NCBI RefSeq assembly: GCF_009914755.1
Contig: NC_060929.1
Source: the human T2T-CHM13v2.0 reference genome, Homo sapiens
Direction: 5' to 3' (one strand)
DNA: 64,000 bases
Below, piece after piece: positions 52,118-64,000 of this stretch. The stretch's first letter is position 1. Each line of letters opens with the position of its first letter. The notes below the pieces were generated by a model that was not told where the DNA came from, searched no databases, and worked only from the letters and a program-made list of their open reading frames with translations. Position numbers and translations under genes: made by a program.

Positions 52118-54512
52118 GTGACAGTCTTACTTTTTTGGAAATCATATTACACATTATAACAAAAGTCTAAAATGCACTCACTGTATAATAATCAGTTTGT
52201 GGCTATTGAAATAATGGACATCATTACCATATATTGTTTGGATTTTGAAGTTTTCTTTTTTGTACTTTTGTGACATGTTTTTCCAGTCTCAAAGCTTCCC
52301 AAAGTTCGGGAAAAGCTAGGAGTCTCTAGCCCTGTGCCTAATGGGCAAAGGTATGTTGCGCGTTCAAGTGAAGATGTAGAGCATAAGTGGAATATGTGGT
52401 GGAGATTGGAGAGCACAGAGATGGTGATATGGATTGGAAGAGGTTGACACTTCTCAGAAAAGCAGTGCTCTCATGTTTGTGGCTATCAAATCTCTGCATA
52501 GTCAAATGTACACTAAATTTATATGGCACTAGACCTTTCTCTCTAATTGGTCAATATTCTTTCACATGAATTAATCTAAATTATGAAATTAATGTTTTTA
52601 TATAGGGAGAAACTCATAAGCACATTAAAAGTTCAATCTCTCATTACATTAATTTTCCAATTCTGTTGGAAAATAGTGGAACCAGAGTACAAATGCAGCT
52701 TTCCTGAAATTGTCATTCATACTTCTGCCTGCTGCATTATATTCTCTGTAGGTATATTTTAATCATATGTATGCACAATTAATTTCAGTAGCTACTTTTC
52801 ATGAACATATTATTCAAGCTTTGCACATATAAAGTCATAATGTATAAAAAATTTAAGTAAGTGATTTTTGGCAAATTAACCAAGTTTTTCATATTCTTAA
52901 TCAAATTTTGAATAAATGAGATAATTCTTTAAATCATTTTTCTACATTTTTTATTATAGCTAAGCCTAAATTGGTAACTCTGGGAGTACAATTTAATGAA
53001 GACATTCTGCCCTGCAATTTAAATCTTAATCTCAAAGGGTGATTCTGTGAGCTCAGATAACCACTATCTAGATATCACGATGTTTTCTATGACATTTCTA
53101 GCTTGATTTGTAACAACCAATGAGATTGCTTTAGTGCTAGTTTCTGAAAGCAGGACAGTTCAATTCCTATCTGACAGAGCCATATGATACTTTTTCTTCA
53201 GCACTCAAAATGCTTTATTAACCTTTATTAATGTTCACAATCTCCAAGTACTTGCTGGAGTGGTTGTTTTATTATTCCCTGAGCACCAAGGAGTAAACTG
53301 AAATACTCACAGTCTGATTCCACTGATAGAAGGAGTAAATTCTTCATGGAAGCAAAATGTTAACTATCTCAGCTCATTGCTTCCTTGCAGCAGCTGACAT
53401 ATCAGGACGAATGGAAAGACACAGGTGTTGAGGCCAAGAGGCAGGCTTCTGGTCTCTGTACTCCTATTGTGTGGCCTGGTTTTCTTGGATCCAACCTCTT
53501 AGAACCTTGCAATAGATTTGTAACTACCTGGGTAGAGAGGGGAAAATATACTAGCTTTTCATTCATTTTAATGTATATGTGTGAAAACTTTTCTGTCTTA
53601 GGCAAAAGGTTCATCATTAGGTGGTTAGAGAAATTGTATTGAATATAGATAAATAGAAAGATACTAAGAATCTGTAGAAAAATATTACATGTCCAACCTT
53701 GGGCAAAAATAAAAGCCTAACCCTTTATTACTGTGTTAAAAAGCATTTACATATAATATAATTTGGATGTTTGTCCCTTCCAAATCTCATGTTGAATGTA
53801 ATCCCCAGTGTTAGAGATGGGGCCTGGTAGGAGGTGTTTGGATCATGGGGGAGGATTCCTCATGAATGGCTTGGGCCATCCCTTTGGTGATGAATGAGCT
53901 GTCACTCATTCATCTGGTTGTTTAAGAGAGTGTGGTATTTTCCCTCTTATTCTCTGGGTACCTTATTTCTCTGGGAGGAGTGATGCACCCGCTCCCTCTT
54001 CATCTTCTGCTGTGATTGTAAAGTTCCTGAGGCCTCACCAGAAGCAGATGTTGGAGCCATGCTAGTACAGCCTGCAGAACCATGAACCAATTTAACTCCT
54101 TTTCTTTATAAATTACCCAGCCTCAAGTTTTTCTTTATAGCAATGGACAAATGGCCTAACACAGAAAATTGATAATGAGGAGTGGAGTATTGCTATAAAG
54201 ATACCTGAAAATGTGGAATAAGCTTTGGAACTGGGTAATGGTTAGAGGTTGGAAGAGTTTGGAGGGCTCAGAAGAAGACAAGAAGATGAGAGAAAGTTTG
54301 GAACTTCTTAGAGATTGGTTAAGTGATTGTGACCAAAATGCTGATAGAAATGTGGACAGTGAAGTCCAGGCTGATGATGATTCAGATGAAAATGAAAAAG
54401 TTATTGGGAAGTGGAGTAATGGTCACCTGTGTTGCAACCTACCAAGGAGCTTGGCCACATTATGTTCACATCCTAGGAAGTCTATGGAAGGCCAAACTTA
54501 AGAGCAATGACT

Positions 54513-54709
54513 CAGTGGTGTCCAAGGGAGAGAACACAGTCATGGGTTCTTTGTTTCTGTTTATAGTTGGGCCAGTAAAGTCCCTTCCTCATCTCTATTT
54601 ACCACTTATGACTAGAGACAGTAACTTAAAACCATGGCTTCACGCTGCTGAAAGCCTAAAACTAAACAAAACAGAATAACAACAAAATAAGGCACATTGG
54701 AAAAGCTTG
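54513..54709 (+). mobile_element. MER107 hAT-Charlie MITE nested in MST-int
   Basis: CAGTGGTGTCCAAGGGAGAGAACACAGTCATGGG...TTGGAAAAGCTTG, 197 bp; MST-int resumes on both sides. Confidence 0.8.
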
Positions 54710-54763
54710 ATAGGGTATCTGGTGGAAGAAATTTCTAAGCAGGAAAGCATTTAAAATGTGATC

Positions 54764-55065
<302 letters not shown>

Positions 55066-57816
55066 CTAACAGCCTATGAACAGATACAGAAGCAAAGAAG
55101 TGACTTAAAGTTGGAACTCATGTTTAAAAGAGAAGAACATACAAATCTGGAAAATTTACAACCTAACCATGTGGCAGAAAACAAACAAAAAAACATTTTT
55201 AGGACACTAATATAAGCAGGCTTCAAGTAACCTCTTACTAGAGGGATTTGGATGGCTAAAAGGGAGCCAAGTGCTAATATCTGAGACAATGGGAAAAAGG
55301 TTTAGAAGGCATTTCAGAAATTTTCTAAGCTGCCTCTCCCATCACAGGCCCAGAAGCCTAGGAGAAAAGAATGTTTTCAGGGGCCAGGCACAAGGCACCG
55401 CTGCCACGCTCCACTTCAGGACACTGCTACTTGCATCCTGGCTGCTCTGGCTCCAGCCTTGGCTCAAAGGGGCCCAGATACAGTTCAGCCTGCTGCTCCA
55501 GAGTGCTCAAGTGATAAGCCTTGGTGGCTTATACATGGCATTAAACCTACAGGTGCTCAGAATACAAGAGTGAAGGAGACTTGACAGCCTTCACCTAAAT
55601 TTCAGATGTTGTATGATGTATTTCAGAAGCCTGCTGCAGGGTGGAGCCCCCACAGACAGCCTATACTAGAGAAATGCTGAGGGCAATTGTGGGGTTGGAG
55701 CCTACACAAAGAATCCCTGCTAGAGCACTACCTACTTGAGCTGTGGGAATAGGACTGCCACCCTCCAGACACTAGAATATTAGAGCCACCAGCAGCTTGC
55801 ATCCTGAGCCTAAAAAAGCCATAGGCACTCAATTCCAACCTGTGAAAGCAGCCATGGTGACCTTACAAAGTCACAGAGGCAGAGCTGCCCAATGCTTTGG
55901 GAGCCCGTCCCTGGCACTAGTGTGCCCTGGATGCTAGACATGAAGTTTTAAAATATTATTTTGTAGCTTTAAGATTTAATCGCTGCCCTGCTGGTTTTCA
56001 GACTTGCAAAGGGCCTGTAACCCCTTCATTTTGGCTGATTTCTCCCTTTTGGAATAGGAATTTTTACCCAGTTCCTATACCACCATTGTATCTTGGAAGT
56101 AAATAACTCATTGTTGATTTTATAGGCTCATAGGCAGAAGGAGATGAGTCTCAGATGATATTTTAGGCTTTGGACTTTTGATTGATTTGATGCTGGAATG
56201 AATTAAGACTTTGGGGGACTATTGGGAAGGGATGATTGTATTTTGTAGTGTGAGAAGGACATGAGGTTTAACGGGCCAGGGTTGAAATGATATAGTTTGC
56301 ATGTTTTCCTTCTTCAAATCTCATGTTGAAATGTGATCCCCAGTGTTGGAAGTGGGGCCTGATTGGGGGGCGTTTGGATCATGGATGTGGATTCCTCATG
56401 AATGGCCTAGCATCATCCCCTTGGCGATAAGTGACTTCTCGCTCTGGTAGTTCACATGAGATCAAGTTGTTTGAAAAAGCATGAAACCTACCCCCCATTC
56501 TTGCTCTCTCTCTTGCCATATCATGTGCTGGCTCCCCCTTCACCTTCTGCCACAATTATAATCTTCCTGAGACCCTCACTGGAAGCAGATACCAGCACTA
56601 TGCTTCATGTAGAGCCTGCAGAGCCATGAGGCAAAAGAAAAATTATTTTATTTATGAATTACCCAATTTCAGGTATTTCTTTACAGTAATGCGAAAAACA
56701 GCCTGATACAAAATATGTATGGAAAATATAGTGGAGAAAAATCAATGGAATTCAATGCTATCTAGATATAGCATTAAAAAGAAAATATAAGGTAGATTGG
56801 ACTAGGCATGTGTGTGTTGAATGGAATAAGGAAATCTGCTGTAGAGAGAATAGGCTAGAAAAAAAAGAGGGTTCAGGCTAAAAACAAAACTATGTTTTTC
56901 GATAGAATAAGTAAGTTATGTTGCAAGTGACTTTTCATAGCTTGTTTTTTATTTTCTTCAAAAACAAACCATGATTGTATTAGGTTTTACTCGATTTGCT
57001 CTTAGCCTATTTAGATTTCTGCTGGTTTATTGGTTTAGTCAATGAGCCTATAAGTAATGGTTAATTTTAGTGATAAACAGCATGTTTGATTTAGGAGAAC
57101 AAAGGCCAAACAGCTAAATAGAGTTCTTTTGATTCACTGATGAGAGGGGAAACATACTATCTTGGTTCTTTCCATGGAAAAGAAATGATTTGTGTTCATT
57201 TAGATCCAAGGGGAGAGGAAGTGCAAGTGTTTTAAATTGCCAAGATAAAATTATTCTGAACTTGGATAAAACCCAATGAAAAACTGAACAAGAAAAGGGT
57301 AATGGAGGAGTGTTTTGGGGCCATGCCAGGATGTTAAAAATGCAGGGACATTCAGATTACATGGTACAAAAGTTTATCTATGGAGATCTCTCCATTTTTG
57401 TGCTCTAGTTAATAATTTAGAAGAGTGAGTCTCAGTCACGTTTCAGATTCCTTGAAGATCATTGGGCAAAAAAGGTCAATTGCATTTCCACTCAGAAAAA
57501 CCACTGCTGACTTAGAAAGTAAAATGACTGTAACTATTCTTCAGGAAAACTTATGTAGCAGGACACGCATTTAGGTATTGTAAGCATAAAGAAAAGAGAG
57601 GCCTGATTTGAGAGACCATTTCTTTAGTCTGACTATTAATGATTAGACCTAAATATTCTGATGGTCTTGCACGTTCATTTTCAAAATCATTTCTTCTGTC
57701 TTTTGATAGAAAATTCAGAATCTCCAAGTAAAGTAGATATGCAGGTTACTTGATGTCAAATGCCACTTCAATTTTCTGGGCCTTCACACTTTTCATTCTC
57801 ATTCTGTTATATTATA

Positions 57817-60264
57817 CAGTTGACCCCTGAGAAACATGGATTTGAACTTCACTAGTCCAATTATAGGTACATTTTTTGGTAAATATATTGAAAAGTTTTC
57901 TGAAGATTTGTGACAATTTACAGAAATTTGCAGATGAACCATGTAGCCTAGAAATACTGGAAAAAATAAGAAAAAGTTAGGTGTGTCATGAATGCATAAA
58001 ATATATGTAGATACTAGTCTATTTTATTATTTACTACCATAAAATATACACAAATCTTTTATAAAAACTTAAAACTTACCAAAACACACATAAACACTTA
58101 CAGGCCACATATGGTACCATTGCACTCTAGAGAAATTTAAACAAATGCAAAGATGCAGTATTAAATCATAACTGCCTAAAATTAACTATAGTATATACTG
58201 TACTACTGTAATAATTTTTTATTCACCTCTTGTTGCTATTGCAGTGATCTCAAGAGTTGCAAGTATTTGCTTAAAACACTGTGTGGCACCAGTCATCTCC
58301 TTGCGAGCAGTTTGTCTCTCCAGTAAATTGCATATTGCAGCAAAAGTGATCTCTCTCAGTTCTTGTATATTTTTATTGTGTTTAGTATAACACCCTTAAA
58401 CCTTGAGTAACATTATGGTACCCATATGAAGTGCCACTAGTGATGCTGAAAATGCTCCCAAGAAGCAAAGTAGTGACATAAAAAACAGTTTAACTGTTTG
58501 ATGTGTACCATAGATTGACATCTGTAGCAGTGGATGCCCACCATTTCAAGATAAATAAATCCAGCATAAGAACCATTATTTAAAAAGAAAAGAACATTTG
58601 TGAAACTTTCACTGCAGCTACACCAGCAGGCATGAAACCTTGCAGTTTTTGTAAAATACAGTTTCCTTTAATTTCATATTGAAAACACAGCTTTTATGTG
58701 GGTGCAGAATTGCTGTAGGAAAAGCATACCCACAGACTCTAATACAATTTAAGAAAAAGTGAAGTCATTATATAACAACTCAAGGCAAAAACAATGTGAA
58801 GGATCTAAAGCTGGAGAATTTAATACTAGCAAAGGATGGTCTGATAATTTTAGAAAGAGATGTGGTTTTAAAATGTCAACATAGGAGGAGAAGCATCTTC
58901 TGCTAACCAAGAGACAGCAGATGAGTTCTCAGATGCCATTAGGAAAATAATTGAGGAGAAAGATTATCTGCCTCAACAGGTTTTTATTACACACAAAAGT
59001 ACCCTATTCTGGGGAAAAAAAAAAAAACACAACAAACTTCCACAAAGGACATTTATTAAGATAAGAATTGAACAACAGGATTTAAGGCAGAAAGGGATAG
59101 GCTAACTATACTGTCTTGTGCAAATGCAGTTGTGTTTATGACCAGGACTGCCCTTATCTATAATGCTGCCAAACCCTGAGCTTCAAAAGGAAAAGATAAA
59201 CACCAACATCCAGTCTTTTAGTTTTCAAAAAAAAAAAAAAAAAAAAAGCCTGGAAAATAAGAATCCTTTTCTGGATTGGTTCCATCAATGCTTTGTCCCT
59301 GAAGTCAGGAACTACCTTGCCTGTAAGGAACTGCTTTTTACTGGACAATGCCCCCAGCTACCAAAAACTCTATGAGTTTAACACCAAAGGTGTTAAAGTG
59401 GTCTACTTGCCCCCAAACACACCATTTCTAATTCAACCTCTAAATAAGGAGTCAGAAGGATCATTAAGGCTCATTACACACAGTATTCTATGGAAAGAGG
59501 TGTCAAGGCTGTGGCAGAGAATCCTAATAGAACATCATGAAAGTCTGGAAGAATTACACCATTGAGGATGACATTGTTATGGAAAAAGCCACAAAAGCCA
59601 TCAAACCAGAAACAATAAATTCCTGCTGAAGAAACTGTCCAGATGTTGTGCATAACTTCAGAGGATTTATAACAGAGCCAATCAAGGAAATCATGAAAGA
59701 AATTGTGGATATGTCAAAAAGGGTAGAAGATGAAGCATTTCAAGATATGCATCTTGGAGAAATTCAAGAGTTAATAGGCACCACACCAGAGGAATTAACA
59801 GAAGATGATAAGTTGATGGAGTTCAGTGCTTTCAAACCAGTGCCAGATGGTGAGGAAGGCACAAAAGCAGTACCAAAAAAATAAATTGACAGTAGGGATC
59901 TGGGAGAATGGTTCAGGTTATTCAAGACTGCTTTTGGCTTCTCTTATTACATGCACCCTTCTATGTATGATACAGGTACTGAAATGATGGAAGAAGGATT
60001 GATATTAACATAGAAACATTTTTTTAATGAAAAAGCAAAAAAAATCAGGCAGAAATTATGTATTTCCATAAAGGTACACCAAGTATGCCTGCCTCTCCTG
60101 CTCCCTCTTCCACCTCCTCCACCTCTTTAGCTTCTGCCATCTCTGAAACAACACCAATCGCTCCTCTTTCTCTGCCTCCTCAGACTCCACTCAACATTAA
60201 GACAATGAGGATGAAGACCTTTATGATGACCCACTTCCATTTAATGAATAGTAAATATATTTTC
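57817..60264 (+). mobile_element. Tigger2 DNA transposon, near full length, 3' terminus and TIR missing
   Basis: TA then CAGTTGACCCCTGAGAAACATGG 5' TIR; recalled Tigger2 leader; stops at AATGAATAGTAAATATATTTTC. Confidence 0.88.
58415..60240 (+). pseudogene. Tigger2 (pogo/CENP-B-like DDE) transposase pseudogene
   Basis: LLDNAPSY and VVYLPPNTPFLIQPLN motifs (59293-59565), FLDWFHQCFVPEVR, acidic TPEELTEDD tail; frameshifted. Confidence 0.85.
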
Positions 60265-61630
60265 AGAGACTACAGCAATAGACCAAAGCTTCTCTCATTG
60301 TTTGTTTGTTTTTAGTTTCTTAGTTTTGGCCTCAAGTTTACACACAAAAGCATGTCATCATTATGGAAAATTTTAATGATTCCGGCAGTCATTACCCCAT
60401 TAATTTATTTTGAAGTTGAATCCAATGAAATTCTAATGATCTGACTGTGCTTATAAACCTTGACAATTCTTCCTGCCTCAGGCCCAGTTTAAGCTCTTAT
60501 TAATTGGTCCTGACTTTCATGTCACTATTTTTGCAGTTCTGATTTTTATGACTTTAATGTTTTTTTTTTCAAGTACAGCTTTTGGGAATTCAGATGCATT
60601 TGTATTAAGATACTCTCATATCTTTAAAGAGTCTCATGAACTTGAATATAATTCCAGAATGTCTTTACAAATACATCTCTCTGGAGATATGCCCTACTGT
60701 AAACTCTTTCTGGATGGGTCTGTGAAAAGAGTAAAGAAGTAGTTACCAGCTTCTGTAACAGTCACGTTTTTTATGTTTTCCCAACACTTGCTCACAAATT
60801 TTGTTATGGCTTTCCCTAGTCCCACTTGTCCAGCAGAGATAGAAAGATACATGCACAATTTTAAAGTTGCAAAACAGCAAAGGCCATGAAAATCACATTC
60901 AAATGTTAGTTTTAGAGCTTGTCCTGTCTTAGTGCATAAGTGCTGCAATCAGATACAGTGGGAAGTGATTGGTGGTTACCAACTTAAATGGAATTAGACT
61001 TTAAAAATAGTCTGAAATAGAGCCCTGGAATGGATTTTTCAAAAACAAGGACAATCATTTCTAAATTTTATGCCTGACTGTCCGTGCCTCTAGAGGGAGT
61101 CATTCACAATTCATTAATTCTTGTCTTGAAGTGGTTTATTTTTATGGCCAAATTTTGAAACTCGTTTTTTAAATGCCTTCAGATTTTTAATGGCATCAAA
61201 TGTTATTGTAAAGCATAGAGATTCAACTTAGAGTAAAAAGCATTCTAACCACTTCAACAATCATTCTACTATGAAACCACATTTCATGGAATTGAAAATA
61301 TGCCAAGTGTGAAAAATATTCCATTTGAATGTTTGAAAGATCAACCTTACACTGTAAGAATTAACACCAACTTTATTTCAAAAATGTGGCTACTGTTTTC
61401 TTAAGAATATACATACATATAGTGTACTTGGGTTTATTTCCTAGGAATCCAGAGTACTTACAGAGTGAGGTGACACTGTGAAGTGCACAATCACAAAGCA
61501 TTCTCAGGTTCCTGGTGTCGCTCTCAAATGTTTATTCCCAGATGCAGACAGATGGCCTTCCTTTTCAGACTGGGGCAAAGTAGCAATGCAACAGCTTTGG
61601 CCTAACTGGAGCCAAAAATGATAGTGGCAG

Positions 61631-62200
61631 TGTATGGGTCTGGGTTTAGCAAAGAAAACAAAAAGTACCCCAAGTATTTAAAACAAAATGAATTTAACAC
61701 AGGGAATTATCTACATACGTTTTGGAAGGACAAGAAGAACAAAGAGAAGTAGGTGAAGTGGAGGGAGCTAAAGTAACAGAAAAGAAGAAGGGGTGGCACT
61801 TTTTTGATGCAAAGCAGTTAAAACCACTCGTCTGGAGCCCATTTGCCTGCACCTGCCACTGTGCTGTTGGTGACACTCATAATCAGTCCTGGACTACTGA
61901 AGATGCATCATGTCCGTCAAAGCTGGAACCTACCAGAAAGGGGTGGCCCCTACCCATGATCTTAAAGTCAAGAATCGCCCCACTCCCAATGCAACCCCCC
62001 CAGTACTGAAGTCAGAAGCAGAAAGTTTCGCTCTCCCAGTAACTTCTCCCTCAAGTGCCTCCTATTGGCAGAACCTAACAAGAATCCAGCAGACGTGAGA
62101 GGCTGATAAATGCAATTTGTAGACTCCTGTTCCATAAATATAAACAACAGAGTCCAGAAGAGAGAATGGGACTTGAGAATATCCAGACACAAGAAGAAAT
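61631..62200 (-). mobile_element. Old LTR (LTR78/LTR79-like)
   Basis: TGTATGGGTCTGGGTTTAGC...GAATTTAACACAGGGAATT and GTGCCTCCTATTGGCAGAACCTAACAAGAATCCAGC resemble recalled consensus. Confidence 0.55.
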
Positions 62201-62246
62201 ATGCTGTTCTACCTACAATGGCTTTATTTTCTAGAGTTAGAAGTGA

Positions 62247-62590
<344 letters not shown>

Positions 62591-63699
62591 TACACGCATA
62601 TATTTTCAATGGTTCCTTTTTGGTTCCTGCAGCACATAGGGATAATTTAAGTGGATAATTTGTCCCATCAAATTGACATGATCTAGTAGGTCTACAGGGA
62701 AGAGAAAAGTAGTATGGAAAATTTCACCAATTCCATCTTACTACCAACTTGTGTAAAGGAAAGGGAAAGCAGAGGTTAACATTAGGCGGGAAGCATTTGC
62801 TGCGGGACATTTCTTTGAAACCTAAAACACTTTATCAAGGAACTTGTCATCTCAGTGGAGGACAATCCAATTGTTATTCTCCTGATTTCTTGCTGGAGTA
62901 GAAAAACATCACCCTGGAGAATGGAAATGCAGAAAGGGAAAGAGACCACGTCCATTAGGAAAATGTTCATTTATCCTTGGGAATATTTAGCTCAGGTTGG
63001 AAGCACCACATGCCCCAAATAGAGAAACTTGCATAAGGCTCAATGTAACATAAACATGAATGTATTAGGCTAATTTTGAAGTGGCTGCCCTACCTCACAT
63101 TCTCTTCTTAGAAAATCTGTCCAGACCTAAGCATCTGTTGAGTATCCACTTTTATGCTAGCCATACCTAATTGAATGAATGGCAGGCAGTTGACTGATAG
63201 TCAGTACAAATGATGGCTGTGCAGTAACTAATCAGATTCTGTTTCCTGAGAATTATACTAAAAATACAAGAAAGATTGTTGACAGCTGGAGGAGGTACAT
63301 TTGAGAAAGGACATGTAATGATGGGACCTGAGTCAGTACACTGAGAAAGGAAACTGTAGATAAGCAGAGGAAGATGATCTGCAGGGAGTATAGTAGAAGA
63401 GGCAACCCAAGGGTATGCACAGAAGGCATGCAGGAGGGAGGAAAGGAGATAGAAAAGGAAGAAAGAGAAGGATATCTGCCCCATCCATAATGTGTTATGT
63501 CTCAGTTCTAGGCACCATAAAGCCTGGCTGAACATCATAATTTGCCGGAGGCATCAGTATTTTTAGAATGTATCCTACCTCCTTTTGAGTTTGCTCAGTT
63601 GATTTCCAAAGGAGTCCTAACTAAAGCAACAAAATTACAGAGCCAAGATGTACATTGAAAACAAGATTTTTTTTCCCAATGATTAGTTCCTAAAATGTT

Positions 63700-64000
63700 C
63701 AATTTGGCATCTGAAAATTTATTTTTGTTAAATACTAATAGACACAAAGTAAGATTTGCAAGTCATAGGCAAGGTAAATAGTAAAAATACAATACACACC
63801 TGAATATCCACAACCAATTTTCTTTGTTCCCTTCTTTCGCTTGTTCCACTATTCCAAATTTTGTGTTTTATCTTCCTCTTGTTTATTGTTAGAGTTTCAC
63901 CAAGTACATTTATATCCCTAAACAGAATGCTTCTTGATTTGAAGATTTTTAATATTTATGCAAATGGAATCCTCTTCTATGTAATCTTATAAAATCAGCA
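63700..64000 (-). mobile_element. L1ME-type 3' UTR fragment
   Basis: ATATCCCTAAACAG, TTTATGCAAATGGAATC text typical of ancient L1 3' ends. Confidence 0.45.

Noticed and set aside
53385-53642. Acceptor-like TTCCTTGCAG followed by an 85-codon open frame (QLTYQDEWKDTG...)
   Set aside because: No convincing donor and no recognisable protein similarity
58415-60240. Domesticated Tigger transposase (TIGD-like gene)
   Set aside because: Multiple frameshifts and stops; two of the three catalytic aspartate positions appear mutated; 3' TIR lost

Overview
AT-rich primate (most likely human or great ape) genomic DNA, intronic or intergenic in character. No recognisable cellular protein-coding gene, RNA gene or CpG island is present. 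The ORFs in the track are either transposon remnants or spurious. About half the window is interspersed repeat: 8 Alus (Sc, Sx, Sp/Sq, Y), a 5.4-kb TSD-flanked L1PA10/11-like element, older L1MC/ME/MD/MA/PB pieces, L2 and MIR, four THE1 solo LTRs, an MSTA LTR, a two-LTR MSTB provirus, an MLT2A1/HERV-L provirus lacking gag, MER50, LTR33 with ERVL internal sequence, and DNA transposons (Tigger2, Tigger3a, MER107, Charlie-type, MER5). Subfamily names come from recalled consensus sequences and need RepeatMasker/Dfam confirmation. The most interesting signals are four. (1) The L1PA10/11 copy looks like a spliced retrotransposed RNA (SpIRE-like 5'UTR junction) and also has an in-frame ORF1-ORF2 fusion. 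(2) Unique sequence holds well-formed + strand splice signals, including a candidate 6-nt microexon with UGC motifs and a 27/24-nt exon with a perfect TACTAAC branch point. (3) An ancient 5'-inverted (twin-primed) L1 retains its TSD and carries a patchwork of locally templated inverted repeats. (4) There is a strong CTCF motif. I cannot establish a wholly new biological system from sequence alone.
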